From positions 52,950,001-53,014,000 of the forward strand of contig NW_024704742.1 in assembly GCF_018977255.1 (NCBI RefSeq): DNA of 64,000 nucleotides. Reading direction: 5' to 3'. Made by a program: the position numbers and the translations under genes. Positions 25,803-37,350 of this stretch are shown here, in pieces. The DNA comes from Callorhinchus milii. Taxonomy: Eukaryota. Position 1 is the first letter of the stretch. Each line of letters begins with the position of its first letter. The notes under the pieces are model-generated. The model was not told where the DNA came from. It searched no databases and saw only the letters and a program-made list of their open reading frames with translations.

Positions 25803-26620
25803 GTGTGTCAATTTTCACAAGCTTCCACATCTACAGATTTACCATTACACAATTGTAAACTTTCACCCAGTTCTCAAGAGTTATGTATTGCGACTGAATG
25901 GTTTACATAGATTTATATAGAATGTACAGCACGGAAACAGTTCCATGCTACATGAATCTCCAGCCACTGCTTTCTTCCTCCATCCCATACCCTTCTATTC
26001 CCTTCTTCCTCATTTGTATATCTAGCTTTCTCTTAAATCAATTTGGCATTTGTAGTATCCAACAGGCCAGTTTCTATAAGAGCATAGTAGAACATTTTAG
26101 TTTATAAATCAGCAACAGATTATTGTTAACCAAGACTCTGATTCATGCACCTATGCCATACTCGAGTCTCCATTTCAGATTGACATATGTCTGTTTACTG
26201 GAAGGAGTCCCCATTTATGACTCTGAGTCCCTGGATTCCTGTTAAAAGTTGCTGCTAAATCTCAATGAAACAACCTTCCTGTTTGACAGTTCTGGAATGT
26301 CCAATTTCTCTCCAGGGGAAGTGCGAGCACAAAAGGCAAACACATACACGTGGAGAACACAGGTTCAGGTTGCAGAAGACTAGGTATTCCAATCTCTATA
26401 AGTATGAAGTCGGGAATCTCCCGGAATTGAACCAGCAAAGATCTTGCAAATTACAATTATGCGAAAATGGTTGGCATCTCACTGCTTATCTAGGCCTACT
26501 CAGTCCATTAAGTTATTGCCTAATGGATTTATCAGTAAGTGTTACATTCTCAACAAACAATGTGTAGAACACTCTTTTATTTTAGATTTCCAGTTACACA
26601 ATCCAACACCCTCTACTTAG

Positions 26621-26770
26621 ATCGCAAAATACTGCAGATGCTATAAATCTGAAACAAAAACAGAAGTTGCTGGGTCAGGCAGCATCATGGACCCGAAACG
26701 TTGACTCATTTTCCTTTCTCCATAGATGCTGCTTGACCTGCTGAGTGTTCCCAGTGACTTCTGTTTTTGT
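26621..26770. mobile_element. Penelope-like inverted-repeat element with 13-bp flanking direct repeat
   Basis: Arms CAAAAACAGAAG..GGTCAGGCAGCATC and GATGCTGCTTGACC..CTTCTGTTTTTG; ACCCTCTACT(T/C)AG at 26608-20 and 26771-83. Confidence 0.75.
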
Positions 26771-27300
26771 ACCCTCTACTCAGTTCTTCCTGCTTTCTCT
26801 CCCTCCTGATCTTCTTCCATTGGTTCTAGTCAATTGATCCTTATTTATTAATTAGTATCTAACAGTAACCAAGTGGAAAGAATTCCATCTCCATTATTAT
26901 GCCTATTTCTCCTGTTGATCAGCCAGACAAACTGGTCAACTAAAATATATTGCTTGGTTCAGGTTTGAATCTTCAAGTCTCCACCAGAGTGAGAACATCT
27001 CCACTCCCCCTTCTCTGGACAGCTCACCACCTCAGAAATCATCATGATTTTTTAATCCACCCCCACTTACTTCCCTCAAGTCTTTGTGTCACTTGTGTGC
27101 ATGAGAGGTCTTTGTGATAAATAATAATAATAATCCTTGCATTTGATATAGCTCCTTATCACGTCTGCGAGACGTCTTAAAGTGCTTCACAGAATATACT
27201 GCAAAATTGAATTGACTGTATATTTTGTGGGTGAAACGCAGCAGCCAATTGCACATAGCAATGTCCCACACACAGTCATGGATTGAAGTGACCAATTTAT

Positions 27301-28490
27301 TCATAGAATCATAGAATTATTCAGTACAGAAGGAGGCCATTTGGCCCATCGTGTCTGTGCTGGCTCTTTGAAAAGAGCTATTTAAATCAATCCCACTCCT
27401 CTGCTCTTTCCCCATAGCCCTACAAACTTGTCCTCCCCAAATAATTATCTACTTCTCTCTTAAAAGCTGTTATCGAATCGGCTTCCACCACCCTTTCAGG
27501 CAATGCATTCCAGATCCGAACAACTCGCTGCGTCAAAAAATTTCTCCTCACCTCCCCTCTGTTTCTTTCAACAGCTATTTTGAATCAGTGTCCTTGGGTT
27601 ACCGACTGACCCACCCACCAGTGGAAATAGTTTCTCCTTGTTCACCCTATCGAATCCCCTCATAATTTTGAAAACTTCTATTAAGTCTCCTCTTAGCCTT
27701 CTCTGCTCCAAGGAGAATAATCCTAGCTTCTCTAGTCTCTCCTGATAACTGAAGTCCATCATTCCTGGTACCATCCTGGTAAATCTCCTTTGTACCCTCT
27801 CCAATGCCTTGACATCTTTCCTCTAGCTGAGGCCTAACCAGAGTTTTATAAAGGTTCATCATAACTTCCTGACTTTTGTATTCTATTGTTCTCCCTATAC
27901 CCAAGTCCAGGTCATTTATACCAAAAACAACAGTAGTCCCAATAACGACCCCTGGGGGGCACCACTGCACAATTAGAAAAACAACCATTCACCATCACTC
28001 TCTTCTTTCTATCTTCCAGCTAGTTCTGTATCCATGCTGCCACTTTCCCTTTAATACCCTGGGCTGTTAGACACAATTTGCCTTTTAACAAAACCGTGTT
28101 GGCTGTCCTTTGTTCCGATTATAGTCTCTAGAAGTTTCCCCACTACTGACGTTAGGCTGACTGGCCTGCAGTTCCCGGGTTTATCCTTCTGCTTCTTTTT
28201 GTACAGGGGAGTAACATTTGCAACCCTCCAGTCCTATGGCACCACCCCGGTGTCCAAGGAGGATTGAAAGATTGTGGCCAGAGCCTTTGCTATTTTCACC
28301 TTTACTTCCCTCAGTAACCTAGGATGTATCCCGTTTGGACCGGGTGATTTATCTGCCTTGAGCACCGTCAACATTTTTAGAACCTCCTCTCGGTTTATTC
28401 TTATCTTATCCAATTTTTTTACCCTCTCCTCCGATACTGTGGCAGTGGCTGCATTCTCTCTTTTGTGAAAACAGATGCAAAGTACTCATT
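27301..28490 (-). mobile_element. CR1 LINE 3' region, internally deleted
   Basis: ERVQRRFTRMVPGM..SYQERLEKLGLFSLEQRRLRGDLIEVFKI; (TTCTATGA)n terminus at 27301-27317; RT remnants such as RPVSLTSVVGKLLE. Confidence 0.92.
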
Positions 28491-29048
28491 TTATTATTTA
28501 TTTAATAGTATTCAAGGATTATTATTTACTCGGAAAATCCAATTCTTAGCATTAAACAATTGGAGGCCGACTGGGAGCCTGAACTAGGAGTGGGGGAGCT
28601 GAGGAAGGTGGGTTGGAGCAGCAGATTAACCAATAAACCAGTTAAGGCATATTTTAGGGTTCCAAGGTCTGAGGGGGCCCCAGATATTGTTGATCAAGGT
28701 GTGGAGGGAAGTGACAAGGCGGAGGTACTCTTGGATGGAGTTCCAGAGTGTGGAAGCATGAAGCAGGCCAGTGTTTGCTGATCGGAGGGAAGGGCTGGGG
28801 TGATAGAATTAACTTTAAAAATACAAACACAATGATATAATAAAAATAATAATCATTGCATTTGATATAGCACCTTATCAAGTCTTCAATGCACTTTTAG
28901 TATCATATTAGTTATTCCATTAAAATGTAAGTAGCGTTACCTCCTTTCCCCTCCCCTCTCACAGACTCTTCATTTTACGTTTCATCAGTCTTCGCTTCAT
29001 CAGTGTTTTTGTTAATCTTCCCTTCCATTTCATTTTTCCCTTCTCCAG

Positions 29049-29117
29049 TCCTATCATTCATCCAAACGTCTAAGATCCTTCAGTTTAGGTGGAACAGAAA
29101 GTGAAGAGCAAGAGCAG
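29049..29117 (+). CDS. CRACD: CRACD small exon SYHSSKRLRSFSLGGTESEEQEQ
   Basis: ttctccAG acceptor, CAG|GTAAC donor, 69 nt, phase 0/0; fills the gap expected from the human protein; absent from the ORF track. Confidence 0.8.
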
Positions 29118-30033
29118 GTAACTTAACTATACCAGATAATATACAGTATATATATGTTTGCTTATTTCTAATAAACTAGAAATTAAGGGTAGCCATGATC
29201 AGTGGTGACAACACTAGTTTTGTTCTATGCTTATTACAGGTTCTGTTATCTTTGTTTTGGTGTGAAATATTTGTCGCTCAAATCTTTCTAACATGAACAA
29301 TGGAGAACATTTCCTTCTGGGATTGACCCATTAATTTATCCCTCCCTTCCCTCCACCCCCTCCGCCTCCACTACCCCTCCCCACTCCATGGCTTTGGCAC
29401 ATTAGTAGAACCGGAATGAATTCCCAATGCAAAGTGTTATTTTTGGGTTACAAATGGTGTATCTATCAACAGTAAAGAATATGAGGATACAGCAAGAGCA
29501 TGGAACTAAACGGATAGATCTTTCAGACAGCCAAAACACACATGATGGCCTTGTAAAGTAAAGCTGTTAGGTGATTTGAGATGATTGAAACGGTGCTCTA
29601 TAAATGTAAATTTGTATTGTATTATAAATTTATACGGTTCGAAGTTGCAGAACACGAAAAGCAAGTAAATAAAGTTGGCTTCCAGTTAAAAAAAANTGAC
29701 TGAAGATCTGCTTCAATACCATCAGATTAGAGGCAGTTGCAGCTGTTAAAACTGGATAGTCAAAGTAGTTGGTGATCTGAGGTATGATTGACAGGCAGTC
29801 ATTGTTGGTGTAGAGTAATGAATGAAGTTTATAGTATTTGATAATACCTTCCTACAGAACCCATCATTAAACACCACAAACTTCACCCCATTATTTGCTG
29901 AACAAGACTGGCCAAAACTAAAACAAATCCTGGTGACAAATCCCTTTGCATTGTGAATCTCTGCATTTTTAGAATCTATTTCTTTTATGTCATTTTATAT
30001 AATATCTTTATGAATGCAGCTGTTCTTTTTTAG

Positions 30034-30225
30034 GTTACTCCTGTCCGGTCTTCACGTCCCATGAGCGCCTTCTCTTTGGTGAGCTCTGTTGGCACCATTG
30101 AATCAATCGATCTGGATGCAGTCCCGCAGTCTGCAGATCGCCTCGACAACACTGCCGCAAAACACAAACTCTCCGTCAAACCACGGAATCAGAGAGTGTC
30201 CAGGAAACATAGACGACTGACACAG
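30034..30225 (+). CDS. CRACD: CRACD exon, DUF4592 core (GTIESIDLDAVP...LDNTAAKHKLSVKPRNQR)
   Basis: ttttttAG acceptor, CAG|GTGAA donor, 192 nt; family signature LDNxAAKHKLxVKP. Confidence 0.95.
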
Positions 30226-31628
30226 GTGAATTATTTTGAACCTCTTTTGTTTTGGAGTTGAGGCAGTTGTCAACCATGATATAATAATAATCCTTGCATT
30301 TGATATAGCCCCTTATTTGGCCACCAAATATACAGTCAATTCACTTTACAGTATATTCTGTGAAGCGCTTTGAGAAGTCTAGAAGATGTGAAAAATGTTA
30401 TGTTAATGCAAGGATTATTATTATTCAAAACGCAAAATGATTATTATTATTTATTAATATCATGACTTCAAAACATCTCAAAGCACTTCACATTGTATTG
30501 TAATGCAAAACTCATGCCTTATTGCTTCCGCTGGGGAATATTAATAAGACAGCATCCCAGGAATGATGTCCTACTTGAGTGAATCTCAGTATGGTTTTAC
30601 ATCACATGATATCGGCCAACGATAATGACCGCGATCAATGATCAAACCAGCTACATTTGAAAGTGGTCTGCGATCCAAAGCTTTATATTTCGTAGAAGTT
30701 CCACTAACACGAGTGCTATGTTTATTTTGCGGGAAATGATCTGGAGTGGAATCCGATTTATACTTCTCCTTCCACATCGCATCATATTGGGAACTCTTTG
30801 GGAGATCAGAGGACTGAAATTTCTCATGGATTTAGCATTGTGACCATTGTCTTAAAATTCAACATCATGCAGATATTTGGAAAATTCTTGAATTGTTTTT
30901 TAATTTGGAGGTCAATTTCCACAGTTCTTTCCAAATAAAAATGTTCTGGTAGAAAAAAAAACTTCCAAATTGAAACTAAATTTTCCCAAATCTTGCCAGA
31001 AAATAGCATAAGGAACAGGGTCCACCTGAAATCACGACTTACGCTACATGTTAGTCAATGAATTGCTGCTGATAATATATTGATTCTCCATGAACCGTGT
31101 GGTATAAATGTACCATAGGCCTGCTCCACTAGATTGTACTATTAATCATCGGATTCACAGTAATGGAATAAGTAATTATAAATTAGTTCAGTTTTATTTT
31201 TTATTAAACATCATTGATAAATCATTATCACTTGATCCTCCCCATCCTGATCGCTGCTGTAAGAAAGAAAGTGGGCTATTACTTGAGGGCGCTAGCCTGA
31301 GAAAGACAAAGGGTTAAAATGTTTGAAGAAATTAATTATCGAAAACTGCTGATCTACTTTTAAGATTTGACAGTAAGGGAAAGGCTCAATTGATTTTCAT
31401 CAATTGTTACTGGCAAGTTAAAGGATTTTTACAGTGGCTTCAATACTGGAATAAATACAAAATGAATACAGGGGATAGTTTTTGCACTGGCATATATTTC
31501 ACTAAATATTTTTAAATATAAAGATATACTTGTGCCAAATATTGGCTACTAGTGTTTTGACAGATATTGTGCTTAATTGCAAATTGTATGAGACTAAAGA
31601 AATGTATTTGATTCTTTCGTACCTTCAG

Positions 31629-34218
31629 GATGTACAGAATATGACTGTAATTGAATATGAGCTTGAAGAGGAGCAGGTTTATACTGGGAATGAACAAATG
31701 GATTACAAGGACGCGGAGGAGAAAAGAAAGGAAGATCAAAGGTATCAGATAGTTGAAGAGCAAAGACGCAAGGAGAAAGCTGAGAATCATAAAAGGCTGG
31801 AAGCAGAGCAAAGACAACATGAATTTGAAGAACAACAAAAACGGGAAGAAAACCTTAAAAGGGAAGTTGAAGAACAGAGGATGAAAGAAGAAGAGCAGAG
31901 ACGCTTGGAAGAGGAGGAAAAGCAAATACGAGAGGAAGAAAAGAGGCGCGTGGAAAATGAACATCAGAGAATACAAGAGGAAGAACAAAGACGTCTCAAA
32001 ATAGAAGAACAGCGAATGCAAGAGAAAGAAAGACGTCTAAAAGAGGAAGAGCAGAGAATACAAGAGGAAAAACAGAGATGTCTCCAAGAGGAAGAACAGC
32101 GACTACAAAAAAAGAGACGTCTAGAAGAGGAAGATCGTAGAATACAAGAAGAAGAAAAAAGATGCCATGAAATGGAAAAACAGAGAATACAAGAGGAAAA
32201 ACAGAGAATTCTGAAAGAACAAAGACAGCATGAAATTGAAGAGCAACAAAAAAGGGAAGAAAAGCAACATAAAGAAACAGAGGAGCAGGAAAAGAGTGAA
32301 CAAAGGCGTTGTGAGGTGCAATTGAGTCAAAGACTGGAGGAGAAGGAATTCCATCTCCAAGCTGATGAAAAAAAGCATCTGGCAGAGGAAAAAGCAAGGC
32401 AAAGAGAAATGGAAAAGAAAAAACACCAGGAACAAAAGAAGAGGCAGCGCAAATTGGAGAAACTGCAAAAAGAAGAAGAGCAGAGGCAAAAGGAGGCTGA
32501 GCTGTTAAGTCAACAAGAACAATGGCTCCTTGAGGAACAGGAAGAGGAGCAACGCAGAGGAGAACTTAGGTGGAAAGAATTGGATCAAAGGCAAACATTA
32601 TCGAGGCCATTTTCATTCCAGGTTTCATCAGGAGAAAAGCAAATCATTTTTCAAAAGGTTAATCTGAGCCCTGTGTCACATCACAGGGAAGCTGGATCTT
32701 CTGCAGATACAACTGACATAAGATCCTCCCCAAAGTCAAGTAGGGGACTCCCATCTTCACTGTATGTTCCCCACACAGCCATTTTGGTCACTGGAGCTCA
32801 ACTTTGTAGTACAGCTGTGGATCTGAACCAAATTAAAGACACTGCCTGCAAGTCTTTACTTGGATTTTCAGAAGAGAGAAGAACTGTTGACCTTCCACCT
32901 ATTGAAAACACAGCAAAATCCAGTCATGACACAAGAGCAAGGGTAAGCAAGTCTAGGTCCGGCCCAGAACAATCAGTTGACCAATCTCGATCTGCAACAT
33001 TAACTGAGTGGGCGATTATTCGGGCAAAAATCATGAAAGGTTCTGATGAAAAATGGTTAGAAAAAGACAGGAGAATCCACAGCAGACTCAGTGATGATTG
33101 GACTGGCACCAGAGTTTCTGGTACACATAGTAATGTGAGGAAAACCCTTTCAGCCAATGCAAAATTTTCAATAACCCCTGCATGGCAGAAATGGGCAGAC
33201 AGCAGCAAATTCAGTGACAGTGAGAATGTAAATATCTATCATACCCCAGAGAAGCAAATTACACCTGAGGGAACTGAGCCTGCACCAATTTGCACTGTGG
33301 ACATATGCAAATCTAGTTCTTTGGCTTCTGATGACATAGTACAAGAGATAGCCAAAGATGGAAAAGAAAGCCCTAGGTCGGATAGTCAAAGTATTCGAAC
33401 AGCAGATGCTACTGAAAGCTACAAGTTTGCCAAAGATCTTCCATCATTTCTGGTCCCAAGCCTTCCTATTATACAGAGGAAAGAGGATTCAGTGTCTCAG
33501 CTACAGTTTTCATTTGATAACCAAGATGTAGCAACTTTGATCACAAAACCTGATGAAACAGAAGACAAAGCAATAAAAAGTACTGAGGAGTGCACATCGC
33601 CTTTTGGAGTGAAATTACGACGAACACACTATTCACTCCGGTTCCACTATGAACAGCAGGGAGAACAGAAAAGGAAGAAGCGCTACAGTGCGGGGGATAC
33701 TTTGGAAGGGATTCCAGCCCCACTAACCTCAAAAGAGAAAGAAACTGAATCTTATATAATTTCTACAAAGCAGTGTTCTTCCAGTAAGAAGGACAATAAG
33801 AGCAGTAATGTCTTAAAAGACAATTCCAATAGCATTTCAGACATTTCACAGACTGGAGGTACACATCTAAGCAGTATTGATGTGGCGAAACATGTTAAAA
33901 ACAAACTTGCAACCCTTTCAAATGAAAAACCTTTATCAAGGCCACCAATGTCTCAGAAACCATCCTTAGCCCCAAAGCCTACACAGTTCACTCCGCCTCC
34001 CTCCCCCCAGAAGACAGAGTTTATGGAGATTACAGATTACAGTAGTGTAAAGATTGCATTTGACTCCACTGGGAGAAAAGGAGATAGTCAGGTTGAGACC
34101 TTGGCACAAAGCCACAGACATGAAGATGAAGAACCAAAGGAGAGAAAATGTTTTTTCCCTTCCATCAACATTCCATGGCGTGAGAAGGCAGACAAAAAGT
34201 TTGACTCATTGAAAAAAG
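31629..34218 (+). CDS. CRACD: CRACD large exon (2590 nt): E/Q/R/K-rich helical region followed by conserved blocks
   Basis: Lies within the 943-aa ORF; cttcAG acceptor, G|GTAGG donor. Motifs ELRWKELDQRQT, VPHTAILVTGAQLC, IKDTACKSLLG, KFAKDLPSFLVPS and PFGVKLRRT match human CRACD. Confidence 0.95.
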
Positions 34219-34251
34219 GTAGGCCTGATCTATGGATGTTGGCTCAGTCTG

Positions 34252-35092
34252 AGACTGGGTCAGTTGGTAGCACTCTCATTTTGATAGCACTCTCACCTTT
34301 GAGTCAACAGGATGTGGGTTCAAGTTCTACATTGGGACTTTGTACTCACAGTGTAGGCTGATATTCCAATGCAGTGCTGGAGGTGTGCTACATTGTTGAG
34401 GTGTAGTTCCTTGAGATAAGATGTTAAACCCACTTCCTGTTCAGGTGGAGGTTAAAGATAATATAACAATCCTTGCATTTGGTACAACACATATAGATAT
34501 GTATATTTGATTTGTATAAGTGCGACAACCAATATGTGTACAGCAATGTCCCACAAACAGCCATGGAGTAAGTGATTCATTTTATTTGGGGATTCGTTAG
34601 TCAGTACACCGGGAGAAACTCTTCTGTTTTTGAATAGTGCCAAGGGATCTTTAACCTCCACCTGGACAGGCAGATGGGACATTGATTTAACATCTCATCC
34701 AACGGATAGTACTTCTGATAAAGACACACCCAGCGCTACATTGGGGTCTTAGCATAGACTACATAGGTTCCAAGACCCAATGTGGGGCTCAAACCTGCAA
34801 CCTTCCGACTCAGAGGCAAAAGTACTACCAACTCAGCCAGGCTGACATAATGTGGTACAGTTTTCGAAAAGAGTAGGGAGTTTCTCCCAATGTCCTGGCT
34901 AATACTCCCACAAATAAAATTGGTCACTCATTTCATGGCCTGTCTGTGGTACTTTGTTAAGCATCAATTGGCCTCCAAATTCACCTACAAATTAGTCGCT
35001 ACACTTTACACTATATTTCTGTGAAGAGCTTTGAAACATCCTCCTGATGTGAAAGGTGGGATACGGAATGCAAGGAATTTTATTATTATTTG
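34252..35092. mobile_element. Deu-domain SINE (+) split by an inverted Deu-domain SINE (-, about 34460-34848)
   Basis: The + copy breaks after CAGGTGGAGGTTAAAGAT and resumes at TTTCGAAAAGAGTAGGGAGTTTCTCCC; a complete opposite-strand copy lies between. Confidence 0.75.
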
Positions 35093-35189
35093 TTGACGTG
35101 TTTTTGTTTCAGAGTACCTCAATAACTGGAGAAACATTCTCCTTACTGGGAAACTGTCAGTTCTATAGGGGACTGTCCTATAGCTCATC

Positions 35190-35820
35190 GTTTTTTTTTA
35201 GGTCGGCCGGGTGTCTGACACGTGCGGAAACCCATCACCATGCTTAAGTGTATCTAACCCAAGCTGAGATTTCCATGCATCCCACCTACACATAGAAATC
35301 ACAAAGATAAATTGTTAGAATGGAATGCGCACTCTCTCCCTGGAGGGATGCATCCTGTTTACCTAAGTCCGGAAAGTATTAGGCACAGGTTGGCAAGAGC
35401 CAAGGCTTGGGGACCTCAGAGTATGTGTTGGGGTACTGCTGGAGTCTAACCAGCTAAAACCGCATAGCTTGCCATTGATATTGCTGTACGGCAAACTTCC
35501 ATCTGCTTGTCTAGCTTGGACAACCATACCCGTTAGGGCTTCGTCTTGCAGGGTTAACAGGAGCTGAGAGGGATGACTATCTATCCCCAGTGATTGGTCT
35601 GCTTTTCCAGGTTCTGCTGATGAGCCAGGTTAGCTGGGCTGTCATCAGCAGTTCCCTGGAATACTGCGGACCTGCCTGGTTTAGGAACCGAACTACTGAG
35701 ACAGCCACAGAGGGCTGGCTTGATTCTGACATGCCATTGCCAGGCATGTCACCTTGGAGCCAGTTCAGTTCCAAGGAGACCCCATTTACCTCTCCCACAA
35801 GGAGAATCATCATGTTGTAG
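35190..35820 (-). mobile_element. Unclassified long non-coding retroposon; other copies near 14930, 49690, 52790, 53805 and 55140
   Basis: Blocks CCTGTTTACCTAA.TCC.GA.AGTATTAGGCAC and CATGTCACC.TGGAGCCA.TTCAG.TCCA recur; A-rich end on -. Confidence 0.7.
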
Positions 35821-36654
35821 CTGTGCTCATCATCATATTGTTAGATTTGTTAGTGCTCTCAATAATCCCAACCACAGACCAGACTGCTTAAAATAATAAT
35901 AATCTTGGACGTCTCAAAGCACTTTACAGGAATTACTGTGAAATGGAGTGACTGTTTATTTGTAGACAAACATGGCAGCACAATTGCACACAACAATATC
36001 CCATAAACAGCCATGAAACAAAAGATTAAAAAGTACAGAGTGGAAACGGTGACACGTGATGTGCTAATTAACACAAGATTGGACTCAGTGACATGAAGAT
36101 AGTTAACACATTGGCTGGTCCCAGGTGTGTGATCCAGGCAGGACCTGCTCAATGGTTACATTGAGAAGCTAAATGAATTGGACTGTCAGTGAGAGAAATA
36201 CTGTCTTTAAATAAAAAAATAGAATAAACCCAGCAATGTGCTAACTGGCAGACATTTTTGTGCTTAAAAAATAAAAAAACTTCTGAGTAAACTGGCAGAC
36301 TTACATTACAATTTGTAAGATGGAATTTCAATGTGCAGTGACTGGCTTCTCAACACAATCACTGAGTAACTGTCCAGTTTGGGGAGGGGGAATTCTGTCT
36401 CTAAAATGCCAGTGGAACCAGTTGATGTGATATTTATTATCAGGTTTCTTCATTCAATGGTGTGTTAGTTAGCACTATGTTGGTGTTAATTTTCACTCCT
36501 CTCTGTGACAAGATTGCCAGCTATATAGAGAAAGGAGAAGACACTTGTTTTCTTTTTTGTCTAGTCAGTCTTATGTTATTTGTATGAATATTAAACAGCA
36601 GATGTTTTTTAACATTACCATGCAGTTTAGATAGGATAAGTGGTAGCGCAGGTA

Positions 36655-37350
36655 ATAAATCTTTGGATTTGATATCGCGCCTCATCACGTCGTTGAAATG
36701 TCTCAAAGCGCTTCACAGAATTTACAGTAAAGTGTAGTGACTGTGTCGGTATGGTCGAAGAGGAGGGTCATGAAGCATGCCTTGAATGAGGCAAAGGGGG
36801 TAGTGAGGCAAAGGGAATGTGGGATGGAGTTCCAGAGGGTGGGGGCAGAGAGGCTGAAGGCCCGACCGGCCAGGTAGGGGACAAGGAGGAGGCCGGAGCC
36901 TGGTGAGCAGAGGGAACAGACAGGTTGATAAGAGGTTAGCAGATCGGAGAGGTAGGAGGGGGCAAGGCCACGGAGGGCCTTGAAGATAAGGATGAGAATT
37001 TTGATCTCGATCCTCTGAGGGATGGGGAGCCAGTGGAGCTGGGCGAGGGTGGGTGTGATGGAGTCACGGAGCCTGGTGTGGGTGGGAGAGGACACGAGCT
37101 GCAGAGTTCTGGATGATCTGCAGCTTGTGGAGAGAATAGTTGGGGAGGCCAACAAGCAGAGCATTGGCATAGTTAAGTCTGGTTGTACTGAAGGCATGTA
37201 GGAGGGTTTTGGTGGCCTGAGGGGTGAGGCATTGGCGGAGTCGGGCAATGTTGTAGAGGTGAGGGAAGGCAGAGCGGGTCATGGCACGGATGTGGGGGAG
37301 AAAGGACAGTTGAGGGTTGAACAAGACGCCGAGGTTCCTGACTGACTTGG
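36655..37350 (-). mobile_element. L2 ORF2 3' fragment (frameshifted) ending in a SINE-type tail
   Basis: RLNYANALLVGLP, LQIIQNSAARVL, ITPTLAQLHWLPIPQRI and SAPTLWNSIP in two frames. Confidence 0.88.

Noticed and set aside
28970..29005. Hammerhead-like CTGATGA...GAAACG on - just before a CRACD exon
   Set aside because: No proper stem II forms; it looks like a short TTCATCAGT duplication
31512..32489. Phe/Leu-rich minus-strand ORFs resembling membrane proteins
   Set aside because: Antisense shadows of the GAA/AAA-rich CRACD exon
31530..34361. 943-aa ORF as a single-exon gene
   Set aside because: Both ends run into introns; the conserved part is bounded by splice sites at 31629 and 34218
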